This document shows, piece by piece, positions 1 through 7,278 of a stretch of DNA of 44,323 nt. The position numbers and the translations under genes were made by a program. How positions within the stretch are numbered: position 1 is the first letter of the stretch; each line of letters opens with the position of its first letter. Below the pieces are notes generated by a model. The model was not told the DNA's origin. It ran no database searches and saw only the letters and a program-made list of their open reading frames with translations. The DNA is taken from positions 1-44,323 of the forward strand of contig JAICWR010000003.1 in assembly GCA_025934715.1 (NCBI GenBank), written 5' to 3'. The DNA is from Candidatus Saccharimonadota bacterium (GTDB lineage Bacteria; Patescibacteriota; Saccharimonadia; Saccharimonadales; UBA10212).

Positions 1-1
1 C

Positions 2-97
2 GGCCCTGAGGGCCTGGTTAAAGCTATGCGCCAGCTGTTGGTCGAAATCGGTGCCAACGAAGACAACATCCGCACCGAAGAATTCACGGGGTATTAA
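2..97 (+). CDS. 3' end (partial) of a ferredoxin-reductase-type FAD/NAD(P)-binding oxidoreductase
   Basis: The frame is open from the window edge and translates GPEGLVKAMRQLLVEIGANEDNIRTEEFTGY, with a TAA stop at 95-97. This resembles the conserved C-terminus (CGPxxM..V...L..LG.....I..E.F) of that family. Only 31 codons are visible. Confidence 0.35.
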   Translation, partial: GPEGLVKAMRQLLVEIGANEDNIRTEEFTGY

Positions 98-98
98 G

Positions 99-443
99 AT
101 GACGGTATATATTAAACGAGTTTACGACGAACCGGCAGCTGACGACGGCTTCCGGGTGCTGGTGGACCGGCTGTGGCCGCGCGGCATGAGCAAGGATAAG
201 GCTAAGCCAGACGTGTGGCTAAAAGAGGTCGGCCCGAGCAATGAGCTGCGCAAGTGGTTCGGCCATGATCCAGCCAAGTATGAGGAATTTAAAAAACGTT
301 ACCAGAAAGAACTGGCACACAATGCAGCCTTCGCTGAGCTTGAGAAAATCGTTAAAGGAAAACAGATCGTGACTCTGCTATACTCGGCGCACGATACAGA
401 GCATAACCAGGCGGTCGTAATCAAAGCCTACCTGGAAAAGTAG
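99..443 (+). CDS. DUF488 (YeaO-like) family protein
   Basis: The ATG at 99 gives MTVYIKRVYDEPAADDGFRVLVDRLWPRGMSKDKAK...LRKWFGHDP...TLLYSAHDTEHNQAVV, close to E. coli YeaO over its whole length. The ORF-track start at 51 overlaps the upstream gene and was trimmed. Confidence 0.8.
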   Translation: MTVYIKRVYDEPAADDGFRVLVDRLWPRGMSKDKAKPDVWLKEVGPSNELRKWFGHDPAKYEEFKKRYQKELAHNAAFAELEKIVKGKQIVTLLYSAHDTEHNQAVVIKAYLEK

Positions 444-449
444 TATGGT

Positions 450-1370
450 ATGAATGAAACTACGTTTACCGTCTCTACCGCACCGCCGTTCAGATTCGAT
501 CTAACTGTATGGGCTCTGCGCCGGCGCGCTAAAAATAACCTAGACCGCTTCAACGGTCGTTCATATAGGCGCGTACTGGTATTAGATAATGCGCCTGTAG
601 AGCTGATAGCACGGCAGATTGGCACCTCAGAAGCAAAGCTTGAGGTCGGTTTGCGCAGTGAACAAAAGGTTGCACCCCGACAGCAGCAAGATGCCAAGCG
701 GCTCGTACTCAGTATGTTCGGGCTAAAGGTTAACTTACAGCCGTTCTATAACATGACAGCTAGCGAACCAGCGCTGAGTGAGTTGGTCGAACAATTTCGC
801 GGCATGCGGCCAACCCGCTACCCAACCATTTTTGAATCCCTGGTCAATGCCATCGCCTGCCAGCAGGTATCGCTGGATGCTGGAATTAGCGTACTTAACC
901 GGCTAAGCGAAAGTTTTGGTTCGGCATTTGAAAGTCATACCGCCAGGCTGTGTGCCTTTCCGAGCCCCGAGCAACTGGTTAAAGTTTCTGAAACAGACCT
1001 CAAGCAGCTGGGTTTCAGTTACCAAAAGGCGCGGTCCATAAAAGGCTTGGCATTTGGTGTTGCCAACGGGGACATCGAACTTGAGCAATTAGAATCCGCC
1101 AGCAACGAAGAGGCTATAGCTTACCTGCAAACAATTCGTGGTATCGGCCATTGGTCGGCTGAGTACGTGCTGCTACGTGGTTTGGGAAGATTGGATGTCT
1201 TCCCAGGTGATGACGTAGGCGGCCAAAATAACATTCAAAATTTGTTACAACTAGATGCGCGGCCGGATTACGAGGAGCTCGGCAGGCTGAAAGCCAAGTG
1301 GCATCCTTATGCCGGACTGATATATTTTCATTTGCTGCTTGATAAACTGCACATAAAGGGGTTGATATGA
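450..1370 (+). CDS. alkA: HhH-GPD base-excision DNA glycosylase (DNA-3-methyladenine glycosylase II, AlkA-like)
   Basis: 306 aa. It has a helix-hairpin-helix region (LQTIRGIGHWSAEYVLLRGLG) followed by the Asp-containing loop DVFPGDDVG typical of the AlkA/HhH-GPD family. Confidence 0.8.
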   Translation: MNETTFTVSTAPPFRFDLTVWALRRRAKNNLDRFNGRSYRRVLVLDNAPVELIARQIGTSEAKLEVGLRSEQKVAPRQQQDAKRLVLSMFGLKVNLQPFYNMTASEPALSELVEQFRGMRPTRYPTIFESLVNAIACQQVSLDAGISVLNRLSESFGSAFESHTARLCAFPSPEQLVKVSETDLKQLGFSYQKARSIKGLAFGVANGDIELEQLESASNEEAIAYLQTIRGIGHWSAEYVLLRGLGRLDVFPGDDVGGQNNIQNLLQLDARPDYEELGRLKAKWHPYAGLIYFHLLLDKLHIKGLI

Positions 1371-1819
1371 CACCGCCACTTAGAGCTACAAACGGAGCCG
1401 GAAGGAACGATTCTTCTAAAAAGTTAGGGTATCTGGCGGGCCGGTCCGAAGAGATAATTTTTTGCACAACCACTGTTTTTCGCTTTAGGCCAGAGCGCTA
1501 CGAACTACTCATTGACAGGGCTAAGATAACAGTCATAAAAAGGCTTTTTCTGCTAGCTGACAATATAACAAGTATTAGATGGGGTGATGTCCTCAGTGTA
1601 GATTTGAGCGTTGGCCCGTTCTTTGGAAGTTTGACTCTGAAGGCTCGTTATATGAACCAGCCTATCGTAGTCGCACCTCTGCGGCGCGATAAGGCTTTTA
1701 AAGCAAAACGTCTTATCGAGGGTCTTATAGTAGCTTGTAGTAAAGGCATTGCTTTAGATGAAATTCCCACCGAGGAGTTAGTGGAAGAGATTATCAGAAT
1801 AGGCACCGGGGTAAGGTAA
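1367..1819 (+). CDS. Hypothetical protein, possible bacterial PH (bPH_2/YdbT-like) domain
   Basis: The start overlaps the alkA stop in ATGA. The pattern ITVIKRLFLLADNITSIRWGDVLSVDLSVGPFFGSLTLKAR resembles bPH domains. The start codon is uncertain. Confidence 0.5.
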   Translation: MTPPLRATNGAGRNDSSKKLGYLAGRSEEIIFCTTTVFRFRPERYELLIDRAKITVIKRLFLLADNITSIRWGDVLSVDLSVGPFFGSLTLKARYMNQPIVVAPLRRDKAFKAKRLIEGLIVACSKGIALDEIPTEELVEEIIRIGTGVR

Positions 1820-1976
1820 AGGCTATGCTTAGTATGCCAACCAGTACAAACAATACGGTAACACCAGTCATGGAACGCGGCCTCGTTTTTGAGTGCATAA
1901 TCCGGTTGAGGCTGTCGGTTTCTACCTATTGTGCGACTCAAGTCTTGTTAGCATCGCGACCTTAGAGTTAAGGTGT

Positions 1977-2549
1977 CTATTTTTCTATAGAATGCTTAGA
2001 GCCATCATCGAAAGTTGCTTCAATTTTTAAGAAAACCTCTGTTGGATGTAAATCTTTTTGGTCAAATGCAAGTCTCTTCTCTTCGGGCGTAATAAGAATT
2101 TGTGTTTTCGCTGGCGAGCCTTTCTTTCCAGCATAAATCACGGCCTGTAAGCCCCGTTTTGATTCCATTAACTGAGAAGTAAGGAAATGTTTACCGTTCT
2201 TTGACTTAATTTTATCTTTTGCTATTGGGGTAGCCTCATCATCGAGGTTCAAGACTTTCATCCCCTTAAAGACCTCTGCGTCAACACGGTCAACAACATA
2301 CTGTTTTTCATCACTGAAAGTGCGTGGTATAGCAATCTTGTGAGGACCTTCGGCGCATTTTAGTTCAACTGCATCTTCAGAATAACCGTTAACGTATCCC
2401 CTCTGTACGGAGTTGTATACCCTTGGTCTAATCGGAGTTAAACGCAAATCATGATCAGGACATAATGGCACGGGATGCCGACTGCCATTCGTGAGCGTGG
2501 TCATCCACCATTTGATAGAGTCTATTCTAATTATCTCATGGCCATTCAT
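1977..2549 (-). CDS. Hypothetical protein (AT-rich orphan)
   Basis: A 190-aa ORF lies 24 nt downstream of tRNA-Gln on the same strand. Its composition is clearly AT-richer than its neighbours. I recognise no family motif. A possible Cys/His cluster is present (PLCPDH...LKCAEGPH). Confidence 0.6.
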   Translation of the reverse strand: MNGHEIIRIDSIKWWMTTLTNGSRHPVPLCPDHDLRLTPIRPRVYNSVQRGYVNGYSEDAVELKCAEGPHKIAIPRTFSDEKQYVVDRVDAEVFKGMKVLNLDDEATPIAKDKIKSKNGKHFLTSQLMESKRGLQAVIYAGKKGSPAKTQILITPEEKRLAFDQKDLHPTEVFLKIEATFDDGSKHSIEK

Positions 2550-2573
2550 TACGGTCTCCTTTGGAGTTCAAAT

Positions 2574-2648
2574 TGGCTGGGGAGGAGGGACTCGAACCCC
2601 CGAATGCCAGGACCAAAACCTGGTGCCTTACCACTTGGCCACTCCCCA
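2574..2648 (-). tRNA. tRNA-Gln (anticodon UUG)
   Basis: The reverse complement is TGGGGAGTGGCCAAGTGGTAAGGCACCAGGTTTTGGTCCTGGCATTCGGGGGTTCGAGTCCCTCCTCCCCAGCCA. It folds as a cloverleaf with acceptor TGGGGAG/CTCCCCA, anticodon loop TTTTGGT, a TTCGAGT T-loop and an encoded CCA. Confidence 0.92.
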
Positions 2649-2722
2649 TCGTCGGAGCGTAACTGCAATATTACCTTTTTGCCAACAAAATGAATTTGCT
2701 TGACAAAAGAGGTAATCTTGCA

Positions 2723-2787
2723 AGGTCTCTTCCTCTCAGAATCGCGAAATACTGCACTGCGGAATTTCGCGATTTCGGAAAAGACCT
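2723..2787. repeat. Long imperfect inverted repeat (hairpin) in the tRNA-Gln / hydrolase intergenic region
   Basis: The outer arms are AGGTCTCTTCC (2723-2733) and GGAAAAGACCT (2777-2787). The inner arms are AATCGCGAAAT (2740-2750) and ATTTCGCGATT (2764-2774), separated by a 13-nt loop. Confidence 0.5.
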
Positions 2788-2842
2788 ACAGAAGCTCTAA
2801 ATGCTGATCTGTGATTATTATATTAGCAAAAAACGCATCTGT

Positions 2843-2871
2843 TTTACAGGGGTCGATAAATCTTCTATAAT
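2843..2871 (+). promoter_or_regulatory. Sigma70-type promoter giving a (near-)leaderless hydrolase/GT operon mRNA
   Basis: TTTACA (2843-2848), a 17-nt spacer, then TATAAT (2866-2871). Only 9 nt (aggccacat) separate it from the ATG at 2881, and there is no Shine-Dalgarno sequence. Confidence 0.5.
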
Positions 2872-2880
2872 AGGCCACAT

Positions 2881-3825
2881 ATGCTTGAATCCGCAAAAGA
2901 TGCGGCAGCTTATATACTGCCCTTGAATATCAATGGCTTGCGCGGCCGCATGCTTAGGGCGCCAGCTAGCGCTAAGAAATACCAGAGGCGCGAGATCCTG
3001 CTGGTCTATGGCCACCACGCCATGCTGGAGCGCTGGTGGAGCCTGGTCCAAAACCTTGAAAAATACGGCAATGTGACGATGCCGGATATGCCCGGTTTTG
3101 GTGGAATGGATAGCTTCGCTAAAATTGGCAAAAAGCCGACCATAGACGCGCACGCCGACTATCTGGCTAGTTTCATCAGGCTCCGTTACCGCCGCAAACG
3201 GCTGACAATCTATGCTGTTTCGTACGGCTTCATCGTGGTCACCCGCATGCTGCAGCGTTACCCCGAGCTCGCCTCCAAAGTTGAAATGCTGGTTAGCGCC
3301 GTCGGATTCATGAATGCCGACGACCTGACATTCAAGCCGTTCAAAAGAAAGCTTTATGGCCGGATAGCCAGGTTATTAGCCACCCGTCCAGTGGCCTTTT
3401 TCATACGCTACTTTTTCCTAAACAGGCTGGCGCTGACTTACCTTTATACCAAATTGCCCAGCTCTAAGCGGCGGATGGTCGAGGTTACTCCAGAACAATT
3501 CAAAGCCTCCATGGACTTCGAGGTGACTCTCTGGCAAGCGAACGACGTCCGGACGCACTGGCTGACGACCAGCGAGTTTCTACGCTTTGATAACACCCGT
3601 GCGCACGTTCCGCTGCAGGTGATGCATGTGGTGTCCAAGCACGATTTTTACATCGATAACGTATCGGTCGAACAGCATATGAGGCAGGTTTTTTCTGGTT
3701 ATGAACAGTTCGCGTCAAAATCAAAGGCACATGTGCCCAGTGTGATAGCGGATAAGGCCGCCATGAGCGTTCTGCTGCCGCCGGCGCTTCGCCGCCGGCT
3801 AATCCAGCGGAAGAATAAAGTATAA
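2881..3825 (+). CDS. Alpha/beta-fold hydrolase
   Basis: 314 aa. The N-terminal strand-loop LLVYGHHAMLERW...MPDMPGFGGMDSF and the later VSYGFIV nucleophile-elbow-like segment fit the alpha/beta-hydrolase fold. Confidence 0.75.
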   Translation: MLESAKDAAAYILPLNINGLRGRMLRAPASAKKYQRREILLVYGHHAMLERWWSLVQNLEKYGNVTMPDMPGFGGMDSFAKIGKKPTIDAHADYLASFIRLRYRRKRLTIYAVSYGFIVVTRMLQRYPELASKVEMLVSAVGFMNADDLTFKPFKRKLYGRIARLLATRPVAFFIRYFFLNRLALTYLYTKLPSSKRRMVEVTPEQFKASMDFEVTLWQANDVRTHWLTTSEFLRFDNTRAHVPLQVMHVVSKHDFYIDNVSVEQHMRQVFSGYEQFASKSKAHVPSVIADKAAMSVLLPPALRRRLIQRKNKV

Positions 3826-3838
3826 TGGTCGCTAAGAC

Positions 3839-5083
3839 ATGAAGATTGCTTTAGTTTGTCCTTATAACATGCTGGATAGGCCCGGCGGCGTCCCTCAAGT
3901 TGTGATTCACCTGCACCAAGGGCTTAAGAAAAAAGGACACCAAGTCAAAGTGATAACTCAGCGACCATCGGGGTTCAAGGGTAAGGTGCCGGAAGATTAT
4001 ATTTTATTCGGGATGACCCGTACCTTTAAGGTCAGCGGTTTTGGCACTGAGGGAAACTGGGGAATGCCGGCCGACAGCGATGAAATCGCCCAGAGGCTTA
4101 ATATCGAAAAATTCGATGTCATTAATTTCCATGAACCGTGGCTGCCGATGCTGGCCTGGCAGATGCTTAAGCACTCCGAAGCGGCCCACGTGGGCACCTT
4201 CCATGCCAATTTGATAGATACGGCCGCCGGTAAATCCTGGACTAGCAGTGTGTTCACGCCATACGGACGTCCTTTACTGCGCAAAATGGACTTGTTCACA
4301 GCCACTACGCCGGCGGCTTCGGGCATGTTGATCAGTAAAGCCAGCATGAAGTCCCCGACGGAGAAGCGGCTGATAGAGAATCTTAAATACATCCCCTGCG
4401 GAGTCGAGCTAAGTGATTTTAAGCCGGTTAAAAAAAGGTTGCCGCTGAATGGTCCGAACACTAAGACCATTGTTTATGTGGGCCGCCTAGAAAAACGCAA
4501 GGGCGTTGATTATCTTTTGTCGGCCTTCGCCGAGCTTGTCAAAGAAATGCCCAAGGCGCACTTGATCATCGCCGGCTCAGGAGTCCGGGCCACGAAACTG
4601 CGCCAGCAGGTCGAGCTCGACAATATCCCAAATGTGACATTCCCCGGGTATGTCAGCGAAGAAGAAAAAAGACGGCTGCTATCCAATGCTGACCTGGCAT
4701 GCTTTCCAGCTATTTTTGGCGAGGGTTTCGGCATTGTACTGCTGGAATCAATGGCTGTGGGCACCCCTTTGGTGGCCGGGAATAACTTGGGCTATATAAA
4801 TGTGATGAAAGGGGCTGGGCGGATCGGGCTGGTGGAGCCGCAGGCCACCAAGGACTTCGCTAACCGGTTAGCGGTTTTTTTGAGCGACGAGGACCAGCGC
4901 CGGTTGATGACCACCTGGGCTCTAAAAGAAGTCAAAAAATATGACTATCCTAAAGTTGTAGGCCAGTACGAAGCCGCTTATAAAGCGGCGATTGATTTTA
5001 AGCGGAAAGCTAACCCAAAGACTAGTGATGAAGCGCAGAAACGTCGGGCTGTCCGTCGGATTTTTGTTCGACGACACGCTTGA
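3839..5083 (+). CDS. GT4-family (GT-B) glycosyltransferase, PimA-like
   Basis: The N-terminus MKIALVCPYNMLDRPGGVPQVVIHLHQGLKKKGHQV and the C-terminal EGFGIVLLESMAVGTPLVA (E-x7-E region) are typical of GT4 enzymes. Confidence 0.85.
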   Translation: MKIALVCPYNMLDRPGGVPQVVIHLHQGLKKKGHQVKVITQRPSGFKGKVPEDYILFGMTRTFKVSGFGTEGNWGMPADSDEIAQRLNIEKFDVINFHEPWLPMLAWQMLKHSEAAHVGTFHANLIDTAAGKSWTSSVFTPYGRPLLRKMDLFTATTPAASGMLISKASMKSPTEKRLIENLKYIPCGVELSDFKPVKKRLPLNGPNTKTIVYVGRLEKRKGVDYLLSAFAELVKEMPKAHLIIAGSGVRATKLRQQVELDNIPNVTFPGYVSEEEKRRLLSNADLACFPAIFGEGFGIVLLESMAVGTPLVAGNNLGYINVMKGAGRIGLVEPQATKDFANRLAVFLSDEDQRRLMTTWALKEVKKYDYPKVVGQYEAAYKAAIDFKRKANPKTSDEAQKRRAVRRIFVRRHA

Positions 5084-6197
5084 CAGCACCGACGGTGTCG
5101 CCCAGCACGTCAAAACCCTGGGCGCCTGGCTGTCCTCGGCTGGCCACGAGGTGAGCTACCTGGTTGGCGAAACCAGCATCGATAGCTGGGCCAGCGGCAC
5201 AGTCTACAGCCTAGCGCGCAATATCGGCGTGACATTTAACGGAAACAAGTTGTCCATGCCGCTGGTCTCACATAAAGCCGATCTTAGGCGCGTTTTGCAA
5301 GAGCGGAATTTTGACGTGCTACACGTCATGGTTCCCTACTCGCCTTTTCTGTCGCATAGGTTAATCAACCTTGCCCCTCCAAACACAACCGTCATCGGCA
5401 CATTTCACATCTTCCCCGCCGGTTTTTTGTCGCGCGCCGGGGCTAGCCTGCTGCGCGGTGTAAATGCCCGGAGTTTAAAACGGATATCATCTATGATTAG
5501 CGTCAGCGGGCCGGCTGCAGAGTTCTGCCGGCAGTCGCTGAAACGTGAATCCGTCATATTTCCCAACCCCGTGAACGTCGCGGCTTATAAGCCGGACGGC
5601 CGTCTCTTGAGCGGCCCAAAGAAAGTGGTTTTTCTGGGCCGTTTAGTTAAAAGAAAGGGCTGCGAGCAGCTTATCAGGGCCTTTAGCATACTGGACAATG
5701 ATTCGCCAGACATCCAGTTAGTGATAGCTGGCGACGGCCCCCAGCGGCTGGAACTCGAGCGGCTGGCCCAAAAACTGGGCATAAAAAACAAAACTAGTTT
5801 CTTGGGCCATATCGCAGAGCAGGATAAGCCCAATTTACTGCACGGGGCTGACGTGGCCTGCTTTCCTTCTTTGTACGGCGAGAGCTTCGGCATTGTGCTG
5901 GTGGAAGCGATGGCGGCGGGCGCCAAAACCATTCTGGGCGGGGACAACCCAGGGTATCGCAGCGTCCTAAACGAGCAACCAAACTGTCTGGTGAACCCAT
6001 CGGATATAGAGGCCTTAAGCAGCCGGCTCAAATTATTACTATCGGACAAAGCCCTTAGCCGAAAAATAAGCAAATGGCAGAGGCAAACAGTCAGACAGTA
6101 CGACATTGAAGTGGTGGGACCGAAAATAGAGTCGCTATACCGCACCGAGATTGCGCGGTTAACTAAAAAAAGCCATAATACTAGGTATGAACAATAA
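5028..6197 (+). CDS. GT4-family glycosyltransferase (tandem paralog of the preceding gene)
   Basis: The start is taken at MKRRNVGLSVGFLFDD. The motif ESFGIVLVEAMAAGAKTILG and the overall collinearity with the preceding GT support the call. It overlaps the upstream gene by 56 nt, so the start is uncertain. Confidence 0.8.
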   Translation: MKRRNVGLSVGFLFDDTLDSTDGVAQHVKTLGAWLSSAGHEVSYLVGETSIDSWASGTVYSLARNIGVTFNGNKLSMPLVSHKADLRRVLQERNFDVLHVMVPYSPFLSHRLINLAPPNTTVIGTFHIFPAGFLSRAGASLLRGVNARSLKRISSMISVSGPAAEFCRQSLKRESVIFPNPVNVAAYKPDGRLLSGPKKVVFLGRLVKRKGCEQLIRAFSILDNDSPDIQLVIAGDGPQRLELERLAQKLGIKNKTSFLGHIAEQDKPNLLHGADVACFPSLYGESFGIVLVEAMAAGAKTILGGDNPGYRSVLNEQPNCLVNPSDIEALSSRLKLLLSDKALSRKISKWQRQTVRQYDIEVVGPKIESLYRTEIARLTKKSHNTRYEQ

Positions 6198-7278
6198 GGT
6201 AACGGTTAATGTTACCAACCGTACAATCGTGCGGACGATTTTGTGGGTGATCCTGACAATCATCCTGTTTAAATTCATCGGCCGGATTTCGCATGAGCTC
6301 ATCTTGATTTTCGCGGCTTTCTTTTTGGCGCTGGCGTTGAACCCGGCGGTGAGCTGGATATCGCGCCACCTTAAAATCAGGAGCCGGGGGTGGGCCACGT
6401 CGATAGCGTACCTGGTGGTGATTATCATTCTGGTGGCTTTTTTTGCGCTGGTGTCACCGCCGTTAGTCCGGCAAACCCGGTCATTTATCAGTGATGTCCC
6501 GCAGACCGTCCAGAACTTCCAGCAGCAAAACTCCAAACTAGCCAGGTTCGCCCGGCGCTATAACATCGACCAAAAAATCAGCCAGAGCGCCAGTGATTTC
6601 GCCTCCCACTACAATAATTTCGGCAGTACGTTATTGGACACCGGAAAGCGGATCATCGCGGCCGTGGCTTCGGTGGCGGTGGTGCTGGTAATGGCGTTTA
6701 TGATGCTGGTGGAGGGGCCACGCTGGCTTGAACTCATCTTTGGCTCTATGCCGGATAAGAAAAGGGCCCGTTACCAGGCCATGGCCCACCGGATGTACCG
6801 CGGGGTGAGCGGCTTTGTCAACGGGCAGGTCATCCTGGCGATAGTCGCCGGCCTGTTCACCTTCTGCGCGCTCGAGATCGGCAACCACATCACCCAAGCA
6901 GGCATAAACTCAGTGGCTCTGGCCGGCATTGTGTCGGTGTTTGGCCTGATTCCGCTGTTCGGCAACCCGGCCGCGGCAATCATCGTCGTTTTAGCCTGCC
7001 TGATAAATTCGGTCTCGCTTGGAATCGCCATGCTGGCGTACTTTGTGATCTATTTCTTCATCGAGAACCACACCTTCCAGCCTTACATCCAATCGCGGCT
7101 AAACGAGCTCACAGCCCTGACTGTTTTCGTCGCGGCTATCATCGGAGTTGGTTTTGGCGGCCTGCTTGGAGCTATCATCGCCATCCCGGCGGCCAGCGCT
7201 ATCAAAATAATACTTGAAGATTATTTTAGGCGCGGTGCCCGAAAAGAAACGCCCAAAGCTGGTACGGCCTCAGTCTAA
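6187..7278 (+). CDS. AI-2E family (PerM/UPF0118) transporter
   Basis: A 363-aa polytopic membrane protein whose helix layout and C-terminal IIGVGFGGLLGAIIAIPAASAIKIILE segment are characteristic of AI-2E/PerM permeases. Confidence 0.8.
   Translation: MNNKVTVNVTNRTIVRTILWVILTIILFKFIGRISHELILIFAAFFLALALNPAVSWISRHLKIRSRGWATSIAYLVVIIILVAFFALVSPPLVRQTRSFISDVPQTVQNFQQQNSKLARFARRYNIDQKISQSASDFASHYNNFGSTLLDTGKRIIAAVASVAVVLVMAFMMLVEGPRWLELIFGSMPDKKRARYQAMAHRMYRGVSGFVNGQVILAIVAGLFTFCALEIGNHITQAGINSVALAGIVSVFGLIPLFGNPAAAIIVVLACLINSVSLGIAMLAYFVIYFFIENHTFQPYIQSRLNELTALTVFVAAIIGVGFGGLLGAIIAIPAASAIKIILEDYFRRGARKETPKAGTASV

Noticed and set aside
1368-1370. An alternative genetic code (UGA recoding, as in some CPR lineages).
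   Set aside because: TGA terminates well-defined genes at the expected protein ends (for example alkA at 1368-1370 and rpsE at 41217-41219). All conserved proteins translate cleanly with the standard code.
1825-1965. A 46-codon ORF (MLSMPTSTNNTVTPVMERGLVFECIIRLRLSVSTYCATQVLLASRP) immediately after the PH-domain gene.
   Set aside because: It is short and has no motif, an ORF is open on the opposite strand as well, and no conservation evidence is available. It is not reported as a gene.
1820-1976. A search for a direct repeat of the tRNA-Gln 3' end (att-like site) beyond the AT-rich orphan gene, and for terminators in this convergent gap.
   Set aside because: No segment resembling TGGCTGGGGAGGAGGGACTCGAACC and no convincing hairpin plus T-run was found by eye. 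The island-boundary hypothesis is unsupported.
2475-2703. ORFs overlapping tRNA genes (2475-2693, 2491-2703, 24208-24405, 24212-24439, 29255-29473, 29281-29517).
   Set aside because: They run through clear cloverleaf tRNA sequences or their flanks, so the tRNA interpretation explains the sequence.
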